Of a stretch of 64,000 nucleotides of DNA, positions 17,892 to 27,660 are shown one piece after another. A program made the position numbers and the translations under genes. The number at the start of each line of letters is the position of its first letter. Positions within the stretch are counted from its first letter, which is position 1. The stretch is from IMG/VR virus record IMGVR_UViG_3300005611_002069, positions 1 to 64,000 of that record. One strand, given 5' to 3'. The stretch is from a virus. Its lineage: Duplodnaviria > Caudoviricetes. The notes beneath the pieces were generated by a model, which made no database searches, had not been told where the DNA came from, and saw only the letters and a list, made by a program, of their open reading frames with translations.

Positions 17892-19031
17892 ATGATTAAA
17901 ATTAATTGTTTATCTAGTAACTCTATGATTAAACAATTTTGTGAGACATTAAAAATTGATTGCGAAGTAAATGAAGACGCCGATTTATGTGAATATTACA
18001 TAAAAGGTTATGATTTTAACTCTCAACCTGAGTTATTCTCAAAATTATTAAGTAAAATAGATTGGGAGTTTATTAGTAAAAATAATAAAAAACTTATCTT
18101 TACTCATTTGATTATATATCATTTAGCTAAATTTGAAGAAGTCTTAACTTACTACATTGAAAAATATAATTGTCAAGACAAGGTTTTTTGGTATAGTTTT
18201 AATCCTTACGAGCTAACTTTTAAAAGATTAAATAAAAAAATCAATATTGCTTATTTTGACCCCTTAAATCATATACATATGGAAGCTAATTTGCATATTG
18301 GTAAGTGGAGTTACTTTCAAGGTAGTGAATTAAAAAGTTTTAATGAAGCTGATAAATACTTTATATCAACAAATCATAGACACGCAACTCATAGAGTTCT
18401 TAGTAATCATTTATTAAATACTAAAAAACTAATCAAAAAAGGTTATTATTCATTTTATCCCCCAGAAAATAATATTTACCATAATAAGCAACAACTAATT
18501 ATAGATTTTGAAAAAAATTTAGAATCAATAAATAATTACAAACTAGATATAAATAAAATTTGTGATGATATGAATTTCACTCATTTACTCGACAAAAGTG
18601 TGGCATCTCATTTTGGACTATATCCATCTACTGCAAAATTTTATGAAAGATCACTAGTAAGTCATGTTACAGAATCATCGGTGTCTAATACTGAAATATT
18701 CCTTACTGAAAAAACATATCTTCCTCTTTTGTTAGGAAGACCTTTTTTGCTTATCGGCAATAAAGATAGTTTAAAATTTTTAAAAAAATATTATGGATTT
18801 AAAACCTTTGATAAGATTTTTGACGAGTCCTATGATAATGAAAAATGTTTTATAAAAAGAACCATGAAAGTTACAAACGAGCTTGATAAGTTTTGCTCTT
18901 TACCTTTTTCTGTAGCAAAAGAAAAAGTTGAAAGTATTTCTCATATATTATTACATAATAGAAAAGTTTGCGAAAGTTTTAACCCTGCCTATTTGTTCAG
19001 GAAAATGATAATGAAAATAACAGAAGGATAG
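17892..19031 (+). CDS. Putative GT-B (GT10-like) glycosyltransferase, paralogue of 48218-49423
   Basis: SHVTES...FLTEKTY...RPFLLIG...GFKTF..IFDESYD. Confidence 0.45.
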   Translation: MIKINCLSSNSMIKQFCETLKIDCEVNEDADLCEYYIKGYDFNSQPELFSKLLSKIDWEFISKNNKKLIFTHLIIYHLAKFEEVLTYYIEKYNCQDKVFWYSFNPYELTFKRLNKKINIAYFDPLNHIHMEANLHIGKWSYFQGSELKSFNEADKYFISTNHRHATHRVLSNHLLNTKKLIKKGYYSFYPPENNIYHNKQQLIIDFEKNLESINNYKLDINKICDDMNFTHLLDKSVASHFGLYPSTAKFYERSLVSHVTESSVSNTEIFLTEKTYLPLLLGRPFLLIGNKDSLKFLKKYYGFKTFDKIFDESYDNEKCFIKRTMKVTNELDKFCSLPFSVAKEKVESISHILLHNRKVCESFNPAYLFRKMIMKITEG

Positions 19032-19034
19032 TAT

Positions 19035-19697
19035 ATGTATGTAAGATTAATTAGTTATTCTAAACCAGATAACATTATTGGTATAGATAATATTCAAGAT
19101 TTAATTGCTTATTGTGCTAGAGTTAGTAATCCCGCTAACCAAATGAATAAGGAAACAAGTGAAAAATTGATAAGATATTTGATTAAACATGGACATTGGT
19201 CACCTCTTGAGATGGTGTCAGCCTGTTTAGAAATAGAAACTACTAGAGATATCGCACACCAAATAGTAAGACATCGTAGTTTCTCTTTCCAAGAATTTAG
19301 TCAACGTTATGCTAATCCCGCTGAGATGGGCGATCAGTTTGTTCTGCGTGAAGCAAGATTGCAAGATACTAAAAATCGTCAGAACTCTATTGATACTGAC
19401 GATGTTAACCTTCAAGACAGCTGGGAAGTAATTCAAAAAGATGTTATAAATGCAGCAGAATTAGCTTATAACTGGGCACTAGAAAACGGTATTGCAAAAG
19501 AACAAGCAAGATCTGTATTACCTGAAGGCAACACTAGAACTAAACTTTATATGAATGGCTCTATAAGAAGTTGGGTACACTACATTGAATTACGAAGTGG
19601 TAATGGCACACAAAAAGAACATATGGAAATTGCAAGAGGCTGTGCTTATGAACTCAAATCTATATTCCCTATGATAATGGAATTTGTAAATGACTGA
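19035..19697 (+). CDS. thyX: Flavin-dependent thymidylate synthase
   Basis: HWSPLE; RHRSFSFQEFSQRY; AKEQARSVLP; GTQKEH. Confidence 0.95.
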   Translation: MYVRLISYSKPDNIIGIDNIQDLIAYCARVSNPANQMNKETSEKLIRYLIKHGHWSPLEMVSACLEIETTRDIAHQIVRHRSFSFQEFSQRYANPAEMGDQFVLREARLQDTKNRQNSIDTDDVNLQDSWEVIQKDVINAAELAYNWALENGIAKEQARSVLPEGNTRTKLYMNGSIRSWVHYIELRSGNGTQKEHMEIARGCAYELKSIFPMIMEFVND

Positions 19698-20244
19698 ATA
19701 CGATTCTACTAAAGAATGGCAAAAACTTTATGAAGATATTGAACCAAAACTTTATGAAGACAGTGAGCCAGAACGTTATTATGATTGGATGTTATGGAAA
19801 TTGAGACAAGAAAGAAAAAAAGAAGAAGAGAAAAAATATATTTATGAGTCGCCTGACAAAGGCAAAACAATTTATAGACGAGAAATGGGCAGTATGAAAA
19901 AAGAAAAATTAGTACAAAAAGATAAATCTCCTTTTATTCAATACGGTAAAGATGAGCATGAAGTATATCTATCAGCCGATGCTGTAGAAAAATTATCTAA
20001 ACAAAATGGAACTGTGTCAATCAATGACATGGTAAACCACCCACCACACTATAACAAAGGCATAGAAACAAATGACTATATAAAGTCATGGGATATGAAC
20101 TATGCTCAAGGTAATGTAATTAAATATGTTACTAGATATAATTTAAAACATAGCGATAAAAGAAAACAAAGAGAAGATTTAAGTAAAGCCAAATGGTATC
20201 TTAATGATTTAATTACTCAGCTGGAAGAGTCCATCAAAGATTAA
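19690..20244 (+). CDS. DUF3310-domain protein with N-terminal extension
   Basis: DMVNHPPHY...GNVIKYVTR...EDLSKAKWYL. Confidence 0.75.
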   Translation: MTEYDSTKEWQKLYEDIEPKLYEDSEPERYYDWMLWKLRQERKKEEEKKYIYESPDKGKTIYRREMGSMKKEKLVQKDKSPFIQYGKDEHEVYLSADAVEKLSKQNGTVSINDMVNHPPHYNKGIETNDYIKSWDMNYAQGNVIKYVTRYNLKHSDKRKQREDLSKAKWYLNDLITQLEESIKD

Positions 20245-20252
20245 CTTTAAAC

Positions 20253-20281
20253 TTTCTTAATGATTAATTTTTTTATATTAT
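20253..20281 (+). promoter_or_regulatory. sigma70-like promoter; predicted start site at or next to the ligase ATG
   Basis: TTTCTT-17 nt-TATTAT, -10 box ends 6 nt before ATG 20288. Confidence 0.45.
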
Positions 20282-20287
20282 ATTTAT

Positions 20288-22018
20288 ATGAATTACAAAG
20301 AACTCAAAGAGCTAATCCAAAAGCACAACAAAGCATATTATGACAACTCAGCCTCTGCAATAGCAGATGCCGACTACGATCAGCTATATGACAAGTTGGA
20401 GGCTGTGGAGAAGGCTCAAGGTTGGAGAGACCACGATTCACCTACAAAGCACGTAGGTGGCGCTCCAGGTAAGGTAAAACATCCTTATAAACTATACTCA
20501 CTTCGTAAAGTGTTTAACGAAGATGAAGTAGATAGTTTTATGAGTATCAAACTCCCGAAGATTGATGGCACTAATCTTTCTCTAATTTACCGTAATGGAA
20601 AATTAAAGATGGGTTTGACCAGAGGTAACGGTGAACATGGTAAAGATGTCTCGCATCTTATCGGAATGTTAAAAGGGTGTCCTACAAAAATTGATACACA
20701 ATATGAAGAAGTTGTAATCAATGGAGAGTGTGTAACTGACAATACAGTAGATAATTATCGAAACTATGTTAGTGGTGCGCTTGGTCTTGACAGTCCTTCT
20801 GAGTTTGCTCAAAGAAACATAAAGTTTATTGCACATGATTGGCTTGGTGTAAACATGAATTACACTCCAAGAATGAAAGTAATAAAAAATATGGGTTTCT
20901 TTACTGTGTTAGATGCAGAATCATGGAACTATCCTATGGACGGCACTGTGTTCAGAACTGATAGCTGGGAAAAAGAACAAACTCTAGGACATACTGGAAA
21001 GTATCCTAGATTTGCAGTAGCTCTTAAACAAAGAGAAACTGAAACAGCAATTACTACTTTACAAGATGTTCTTTGGACAATTGGTAGAACAGGTAGTGTT
21101 AACCCAACAGCTGTAGTAGAACCTGTAGTAGTAGAAGATGCTACTATATCAAGGATAACTTTGCACAACATAGATTTCATTGAGCAACACGATCTAGGCT
21201 TAGGTGATACTATCAAGATTGAAAGATCAGGTGGTGTTATTCCTAAGTTCCTAGAAGTGATTGAACACTCTAAACACAATCTTAAAATTAATCAAGCACA
21301 CGCAGAAAAAGCCATTGGACAAAAAGTTGTAAGAGATGGCCCAAAACTAATGACAAAAAGTGGTGAAGGAGATTCAGTTAAGTTTTTAGAATACTTTATA
21401 AGAACCATGCAAATAAAAGGTCTTGGCCCTGCATCAATTAAAAAATTAGGACTTATGCACCCCGTAGATTTATACAGTAACGTAAACTGGGATAGACTAG
21501 GTGCAAATGGCGCAAAGATTGAACAAGAGATTGAAAGAACTAAGACTAAACCTTATATGACTGTATTAGCAGCATTAGGAATTGAAGGTGTAGGTAACGG
21601 GGGAGCTAAACTTATTATTCCCCACATTCCAGCTTTCAGAAATTTAAGAGATATTGAATTTGCAGAGATCAAAGGAATTGGTCCTCGCACAAAAGAATCT
21701 ATACTTTCTTGGTTAGACGAAAACGAAGAATGGGTACTCGAACTGCCATTACAACTTGAACAAGAAGTAACGGTAGAAGAAGTATCTCAAACTGTAAAAA
21801 AAGTCTGTATTACTGGAAAGCTAGATATGACTCGCAATCAACTTGTGAGTATTTTAGAGCCTTTAGGGTTTAAAAATACAAGTACTGTAACAAAGGACTG
21901 TTATGCCCTAATTACAGGAGATACTGGTAGTTCAAAACATACCCGTGCTACTCAACTAGGTGTTAAGATAATTGACTATTGGTCAAGTAAAAAAAATGTG
22001 TTATCTGGTGATTTTTAA
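20288..22018 (+). CDS. ligA: NAD-dependent DNA ligase (single chain, with BRCT)
   Basis: YDQLYDKL; PKIDG; TRGNG; GRTG; TLHN; C-terminal KKVCITGKL BRCT. Confidence 0.92.
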   Translation: MNYKELKELIQKHNKAYYDNSASAIADADYDQLYDKLEAVEKAQGWRDHDSPTKHVGGAPGKVKHPYKLYSLRKVFNEDEVDSFMSIKLPKIDGTNLSLIYRNGKLKMGLTRGNGEHGKDVSHLIGMLKGCPTKIDTQYEEVVINGECVTDNTVDNYRNYVSGALGLDSPSEFAQRNIKFIAHDWLGVNMNYTPRMKVIKNMGFFTVLDAESWNYPMDGTVFRTDSWEKEQTLGHTGKYPRFAVALKQRETETAITTLQDVLWTIGRTGSVNPTAVVEPVVVEDATISRITLHNIDFIEQHDLGLGDTIKIERSGGVIPKFLEVIEHSKHNLKINQAHAEKAIGQKVVRDGPKLMTKSGEGDSVKFLEYFIRTMQIKGLGPASIKKLGLMHPVDLYSNVNWDRLGANGAKIEQEIERTKTKPYMTVLAALGIEGVGNGGAKLIIPHIPAFRNLRDIEFAEIKGIGPRTKESILSWLDENEEWVLELPLQLEQEVTVEEVSQTVKKVCITGKLDMTRNQLVSILEPLGFKNTSTVTKDCYALITGDTGSSKHTRATQLGVKIIDYWSSKKNVLSGDF

Positions 22019-22062
22019 TAAAAATAAAAATAACCAAGAAACCACAATAAGTTAATTTGTAG

Positions 22063-22091
22063 TTGCTTGTAATATAAATCTTAGATATACT
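22063..22091 (+). promoter_or_regulatory. Strong sigma70-like (T5-type) promoter
   Basis: TTGCTT-17 nt-TATACT preceded by A-tract UP-like sequence. Confidence 0.7.
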
Positions 22092-22161
22092 CTTTATATC
22101 AAGTCAAGAAGAGAACAAAACTTCTTGAGTACATTAACAAAAGTTCGAAAGGAACACTAAT

Positions 22162-22845
22162 ATGTCAAAATTTGAATACACTGAAGACATGGTTAGCTCA
22201 ATGCACGATGCGGCTGCATCAGGTGTTACTGAGGAAATCATCGAAAATCTTATGGGTGAGTTTGACTTCCCAAGACGTTCTGTAACCGCTAAATTAAGAA
22301 AACTAGGTTATGACGTTCCTAAAAAGCCAGGAGCTGCTCCTGTATTTTCAGCTGAAGAAACTGCTGAGTTATCTGAATATCTTCAAGCAAACTCAGGCAC
22401 TATGACTGCTGAAGAAATTTCCGAAAGTTTTGCTGACGGAAAATTTACTGCAAGACAAATTAACGGTAAGGCTCTTTCATTAGAGATGACTTCACACGTT
22501 AAACCTGCAGAAAAGAAAGTTACACCGAGAACCTATTCTGAAGAAGAAGAAGGTACTATTCAATCAATGGTTGATGACGGTAAGTATCTTGAAGAAATCG
22601 CTGAGTCAGTTGGAAGAACTGTCAACTCAGTGAGAGGTAAATTACTTTCTATGGGTCTTAAAGCTCCGCAAAGAGATAAAAAGACTACTAAAAGTGATCC
22701 TTATGAGGGTATCGAAGATATGCTCGATCAAACTGTTGAGCAATTGGCAGAAGCATTTGACAAAACTGTCAGAGGCGTAAAAACAGTACTTACAAGACGT
22801 GCTCTTGCTTGTGCTGATTATACTCCAAAGTCTGCTCAAGACTAA
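22162..22845 (+). CDS. T5 D5-like DNA-binding/transcription regulator
   Basis: Four HTH-like repeats (RRSVTAKL, ARQINGKA, VNSVRGKL, VRGVKTVL); position after ligase as in T5. Confidence 0.75.
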   Translation: MSKFEYTEDMVSSMHDAAASGVTEEIIENLMGEFDFPRRSVTAKLRKLGYDVPKKPGAAPVFSAEETAELSEYLQANSGTMTAEEISESFADGKFTARQINGKALSLEMTSHVKPAEKKVTPRTYSEEEEGTIQSMVDDGKYLEEIAESVGRTVNSVRGKLLSMGLKAPQRDKKTTKSDPYEGIEDMLDQTVEQLAEAFDKTVRGVKTVLTRRALACADYTPKSAQD

Positions 22846-22855
22846 TTTACCTTTA

Positions 22856-22891
22856 AAGAGAGTCAGGAATATCTTGACTCTCTTCTTTTTT
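22856..22891 (+). terminator. Intrinsic terminator
   Basis: AAGAGAGTCAGGA/TCTTGACTCTCTT 13-bp stem (one G.U) followed by a T run, directly after the D5 stop. Confidence 0.75.
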
Positions 22892-22894
22892 CAT

Positions 22895-23191
22895 ATGCTC
22901 TTGCAAGATATTTCAAATGAAGACTTAGATTCTATATTGGGTATGTCCTTACCTGGTAAGAAATCTTTTTTTGCCAAAATGATAAACAAACATTTTCCAG
23001 AGTTAAAAGAAGAAGATCCCATGTACAAAGACACTTTAGAGGCTTATCTTTCTAGTTTTTATGTCGAAAAACTATATCGCTCTAACAAATTTTTCCAAGA
23101 AAAGTTTGTAATGGTTTATACGAACACTGGTCTTGTTCGTAATGTTATTAACGAATTGTATTTCACAGACGACCATCTCATCACACATTAA
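22895..23191 (+). CDS. Hypothetical protein
   Basis: 98 aa from ATG 22895. Confidence 0.5.
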   Translation: MLLQDISNEDLDSILGMSLPGKKSFFAKMINKHFPELKEEDPMYKDTLEAYLSSFYVEKLYRSNKFFQEKFVMVYTNTGLVRNVINELYFTDDHLITH

Positions 23192-23193
23192 AC

Positions 23194-23222
23194 TTGCTAA
23201 ACTGTTGACTTTTTAGTATAAT
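23194..23222 (+). promoter_or_regulatory. Consensus sigma70-like promoter for helicase-primase-polymerase block
   Basis: TTGCTA-17 nt-TATAAT, followed by GAGGAG RBS. Confidence 0.8.
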
Positions 23223-23246
23223 CTAAATACTAGAGGAGTATTTAAC

Positions 23247-24041
23247 ATGGCAAGAAACCCAATCAAAGCAGATATACCTGAAGCTAAAATTCGTCAAGCA
23301 ATTTGGATGCTAAAGGTTAATAAAACCAAAAAAGCAGTATGCGAGCATTTAGGTATTGCATATAATACTAAAAGACTTGACGCTATTATTGAAAATTTTC
23401 ACGACAGATTAGCAAAAGAGGCTGCCCTTAAAAAAGCGGCTAGAACTAAAGTATTCACAACTGCAGAGAAACAATCCATTGTTGATTCATATCTGAGTGG
23501 AGATGCTCAATCAGCAATAGCTAAGTTACATCATATTTCTCCTGCAAGAGTCAAAAAAATATTAATTGAAATGAATATACCTATTAGAGCAAGAGGTAAA
23601 AATAAAGCTGCAAATGTTGAACACGTTATTCAAGACTTAGAAGTAAAATTTAAAAAAGGCGATAAAGTGTTCTATGCTGAAAAAAATTGTTTTATGCAAA
23701 TTAGAGAAGTTTATGATGAAGATTGGTTAGACTTTCATGAAAATGGTTTTCAAAAATATATTGATATATACCCATTCAAACCTAATCCAAAAACTGGCAT
23801 GGCTGGTAACTATCATGAGCCTGCTCAAGGAGTTCACTATGAGATATACTGGATGCTTGATGGCGAAACTTTACCTACTAGAAAACTTAATGCGTTCTTG
23901 CATCAACGTGATAAAGTTAGTAAAATATTAGAAGAAACAGGCAGAGAAAGTTATTTAACTTATCAGCTTGGCGATAATGGTGGTTATGCCACTCTCAAAA
24001 GAGATGTTCTATTTCCCGTAAAGGCTATTAATGGCAATTGA
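23247..24041 (+). CDS. Hypothetical protein with HTH (T5-like, upstream of helicase)
   Basis: TKKAVCEHLGIAYNT and SAIAKLHHISPARVKKIL HTH-like segments. Confidence 0.6.
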   Translation: MARNPIKADIPEAKIRQAIWMLKVNKTKKAVCEHLGIAYNTKRLDAIIENFHDRLAKEAALKKAARTKVFTTAEKQSIVDSYLSGDAQSAIAKLHHISPARVKKILIEMNIPIRARGKNKAANVEHVIQDLEVKFKKGDKVFYAEKNCFMQIREVYDEDWLDFHENGFQKYIDIYPFKPNPKTGMAGNYHEPAQGVHYEIYWMLDGETLPTRKLNAFLHQRDKVSKILEETGRESYLTYQLGDNGGYATLKRDVLFPVKAINGN

Positions 24042-25419
24042 TTTACAAAAACTCACTTTAAGACGATTGCTGGACACTCAAAGTAACGATCTATATTCAA
24101 GGTTACTTAATCAGTATTTTACGGGTATTAATCTTACTTTGTTTGAAAAAGTAAAATCTTTTTACAAAGCAAATATGCGACTACCTAGCACTGATGAAAT
24201 ATTGAGTCTACGGAAAGATATAGGGTTACAAGAGTATATTGAAAATCAAATTGTAAATGATGAAAATGTTTGTGACCAAATACAGAATGAGTTTTTAGTC
24301 TCACAACTACAAGATTATTATATTCGTGATGAAACTATACATTTTATGGATAAGTTTGTGGATCGTCTTGATGATTTAGAAAAAGTAGAAATTGTAGATC
24401 AATTTCAAAATCATTTATTACACCTAAATCAAGCTATACCTTACAATGATGAATTATATGACATAGCTGAATTAGACTTTTTTCCTTCTGAAGATGATTT
24501 CAAAATATTTCCTTCAGGTCTTAGTGCTGAATTTGACGCAGTTAATGGTGGTTTTGCTACACAAGAACTAGTATTACTAGGAGGGCGTAGAGGTTCGGGT
24601 AAGTCTATTATATCACTTAATATGGCGCTAAATAGATTTTTAGAAGGTAATACTGTTGCTTTTTTTACTATAGAAATGAGATACAAAGAAGTTTACGATA
24701 GAGTTCTTTCTATAATTAGTGAAGTTCCTTTCTTAGATATATTTAGGAATAAAACTACAGCACAACAAAAGATTGCTATGGCTAAAGCAAAGTTTAAGCA
24801 TTTTTATAAACCTTCAAAAAAGATTGACGAACTGTTGAAAGAGCTAGAATATACTAAGGACTTTAAACTATTTGAACAAAAATTAAAAGTAGAAAAACCA
24901 GCAATGACAGATCATAGACTGTTTATGATTGATGATGAATCTTTGACTTTAAACAGAATAGATCACTACTGTAACATGTTCAGTTCTAAATATCCTAATT
25001 ATAATCTTGCAGTTGTTGATTACGTCAATATAATAAAACATGATGATCAAAAAAATTGGCAAACTCAAATAACTATTGCAGAGAATCTTAAATCATTATC
25101 AAGAAAATATGATTTAACTATGATATCACCTTATCAGATAGATGCAACTGGCGAAGCTAGATTTGCAAAAGGTATTTTAGATTCTGCTGATAGGAGTTTC
25201 AACTTTTTTCCTCCACCTGAAGATGAAGATAGACAACTAAATAATAAAATTACAATACATACGACAAAGATTAGAAACGGAAAACATATGAGTTTTGATG
25301 TTTACATGAATTGGCCGTGTGTAAAAATAGACCCAGCACAATCAAATGTAATAAACGAAAAACCTCACGATGCTGTGAAGTTTGGAACAGATAAAAAAGA
25401 AGGATCAAAAGATATATGA
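24031..25419 (+). CDS. DnaB-like replicative helicase
   Basis: Walker A GGRRGSGKS; FTIEM; VVDYV; SPYQ. Confidence 0.85.
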   Translation: MAIDLQKLTLRRLLDTQSNDLYSRLLNQYFTGINLTLFEKVKSFYKANMRLPSTDEILSLRKDIGLQEYIENQIVNDENVCDQIQNEFLVSQLQDYYIRDETIHFMDKFVDRLDDLEKVEIVDQFQNHLLHLNQAIPYNDELYDIAELDFFPSEDDFKIFPSGLSAEFDAVNGGFATQELVLLGGRRGSGKSIISLNMALNRFLEGNTVAFFTIEMRYKEVYDRVLSIISEVPFLDIFRNKTTAQQKIAMAKAKFKHFYKPSKKIDELLKELEYTKDFKLFEQKLKVEKPAMTDHRLFMIDDESLTLNRIDHYCNMFSSKYPNYNLAVVDYVNIIKHDDQKNWQTQITIAENLKSLSRKYDLTMISPYQIDATGEARFAKGILDSADRSFNFFPPPEDEDRQLNNKITIHTTKIRNGKHMSFDVYMNWPCVKIDPAQSNVINEKPHDAVKFGTDKKEGSKDI

Positions 25420-25607
25420 ACAGTTTAGAAGAAAAATTAAATAAATTAAAAAAATTATTAACCGAGCAACAACATCTTAAGAACCCTTTAGAAGTGTGGG
25501 ATTATTTCTTAAAACTAATTCGGTACTGGGGTGTGTGTGATAATAGTCAGCGACTATTCTTAGATAAAGCAAAAATGATATTGTTGAATAATAAAAAATG
25601 GATTTAA
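25416..25607 (+). CDS. Hypothetical protein
   Basis: 63 aa, coupled between helicase and primase. Confidence 0.5.
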   Translation: MNSLEEKLNKLKKLLTEQQHLKNPLEVWDYFLKLIRYWGVCDNSQRLFLDKAKMILLNNKKWI

Positions 25608-26455
25608 AAGAAATATTAGATAAAAGGGGTGTTGAATATAAAAATACAAATAACCCTAGTGAAATATTAATATCTTGTACAAGTGGTTTACATGATGATA
25701 AATCGCCTTCATTATCCTATTCTCTTGAAAAAAATGTATTTCATTGTTGGAGTTGCGGTTTTGGAGGAGGTGTATCAAAATTTCTAGAAAGTATAGGAGA
25801 AATTACTAGAATACCTGTAGAGAGTAAACAACCCTTTAAAATACAAAAACTAAAAACTAAAATTAAGGCTGTAATTGAGATAGATGAGGTAAAACTTCCT
25901 AAAACGAGACAAACTTTTATAGGAGAATTCAAAAACATTTCAGGCGCAACGTTAAAAGAATTTCAAGCATTTACTACAGAAGAATTACAATTACATAATT
26001 ATATTTGTGTTCCGATATATCAATTTGGTAAATTAAAATTTATTGAAGGAAGATATATGGGAAACGTATCTTCACAACCTAAATATTATAGACGACCTGC
26101 AAAAGGTAAGGTTAATAATATACTTTTTCCTTTAGATAAAGTAAAAAATACGAATTATATAATTTTAGTTGAAGGATTATTTGATATGTTAAATATGTGG
26201 CAGTTAGGTTATAAAAATACTCTATGTATTTTTGGTGCATCTAATTTTGGTAGAATTAAACTAGACCTAGTAGATAAAATTGGAGTAAATCGAGTTGACA
26301 TCATGATGGATCCAGATGCTCCTGGACAAATGGCTGCTGATAAGATACAATCTTTATTAGATTCAAAAAATATTTATTCAAGAATAATAAAGTTACCATT
26401 AGGACATGATCCTGGTGATATAACTAAAGATATGGCAGAGGCAGTGTTAAAATGA
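25598..26455 (+). CDS. DnaG-type primase
   Basis: Zn finger C...H...HCWSC; TOPRIM LVEGLFD and MDPDAPG. Confidence 0.9.
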   Translation: MDLKEILDKRGVEYKNTNNPSEILISCTSGLHDDKSPSLSYSLEKNVFHCWSCGFGGGVSKFLESIGEITRIPVESKQPFKIQKLKTKIKAVIEIDEVKLPKTRQTFIGEFKNISGATLKEFQAFTTEELQLHNYICVPIYQFGKLKFIEGRYMGNVSSQPKYYRRPAKGKVNNILFPLDKVKNTNYIILVEGLFDMLNMWQLGYKNTLCIFGASNFGRIKLDLVDKIGVNRVDIMMDPDAPGQMAADKIQSLLDSKNIYSRIIKLPLGHDPGDITKDMAEAVLK

Positions 26456-27660
26456 AATTAGCAATCATTGGAGCAGGAGTTACAGGTATAACTACTGCAT
26501 ATTTTTTACGAAAAGCAGGACACGAGGTCACTGTAATAGATGCAAACATGCATCCTGCTATGCTTGCATCTCATGCTAACGGAGGACAACTATCTTCATC
26601 AAATGCAGAAGTATGGAACTCTTGGGCAAATGTATATAAGGGTATAAAATGGTCATTTAAAAGAGATGCTCCACTAAAAATGAGATATGACTTAGATTTC
26701 AAAAAATATAAGTGGCTAATACAATTTATGTCTAATATAAAACATGCAGAAGAAAACACTATTGAAACCACTCGTATGGCGATGGAGTCTATTCATTTAA
26801 TGAGAACTGAGTTTTCAGACATAGATTATGAACAAAGTGATTGTGGTATTATGCATATCTATAAGAACAAAAAAGAATTAAATCATGCAAGAAGGGTAAA
26901 CGAACTTTATAAAAAAGGCGGATTATCTCGAACAGAAATTAATCCTAATATGATGAAATTAAAAGAACCAAACATAGTGACTGATGATTGTATTGGTGGC
27001 ATGTGGACTGGTTATGACGGTGTTGGAGATATTCATAAATTTTGTGTGAACCTAGCTAAAAAGTGTGAAAAAATGGGAGTTAAATTTAGATATGACACTA
27101 GGATTGACTGGTACCATAAAGCACCTATGGGGTTAAGTACAAAAATGAAGAGGTGGAGGCTTACAGATAGAAATAAAAATGATCTACATTATGAAGGACT
27201 AGTAATTTGTGGAGGTGTATATTCTAGAAAAATAGGAAGAGAATTAGGAGACAATATACCGATATACCCAGTAAAAGGATATTCTGTTAGTATTAATATA
27301 AAAGGTCAAGAACATCTTGCACCAAAGGTATCACTATTAGATGATGAAGCTAAGATAGTCACATCAACTCTAGGTAGTGTACTAAGAGTAGCAGGAACTG
27401 CAGAATTTAATGGGCAAAATAGAGATATAAGAATAGATAGAATTACACCATTAATGAATTGGGTAAGGAAACATTTTCCAAAATTAGAACTACGAGACTA
27501 CAAGTCTTGGGCAGGATTAAGACCTATGACACCTAACATGATGCCTATAGTTAAAATTGGCAAATGCCCAAATGTTTGGTACAATACAGGACATGGACAT
27601 TTAGGATGGACACTAAGTGCATACACAGCAAGACAAATAACGGAGATAATAGATGAGTGA
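26452..27660 (+). CDS. dadA: D-amino acid dehydrogenase (FAD-dependent)
   Basis: GAGVTG, ASHANGGQLS, PVKGYS, RVAGTAEF, WAGLRPMTP, NTGHGHLGWT. Confidence 0.9.
   Translation: MKLAIIGAGVTGITTAYFLRKAGHEVTVIDANMHPAMLASHANGGQLSSSNAEVWNSWANVYKGIKWSFKRDAPLKMRYDLDFKKYKWLIQFMSNIKHAEENTIETTRMAMESIHLMRTEFSDIDYEQSDCGIMHIYKNKKELNHARRVNELYKKGGLSRTEINPNMMKLKEPNIVTDDCIGGMWTGYDGVGDIHKFCVNLAKKCEKMGVKFRYDTRIDWYHKAPMGLSTKMKRWRLTDRNKNDLHYEGLVICGGVYSRKIGRELGDNIPIYPVKGYSVSINIKGQEHLAPKVSLLDDEAKIVTSTLGSVLRVAGTAEFNGQNRDIRIDRITPLMNWVRKHFPKLELRDYKSWAGLRPMTPNMMPIVKIGKCPNVWYNTGHGHLGWTLSAYTARQITEIIDE

Noticed and set aside
19722-19760. 15-bp direct repeat AAAACTTTATGAAGA x2
   Set aside because: In-frame coding duplication (KLYED twice); only two copies with a 9-nt gap, so not CRISPR or regulatory.
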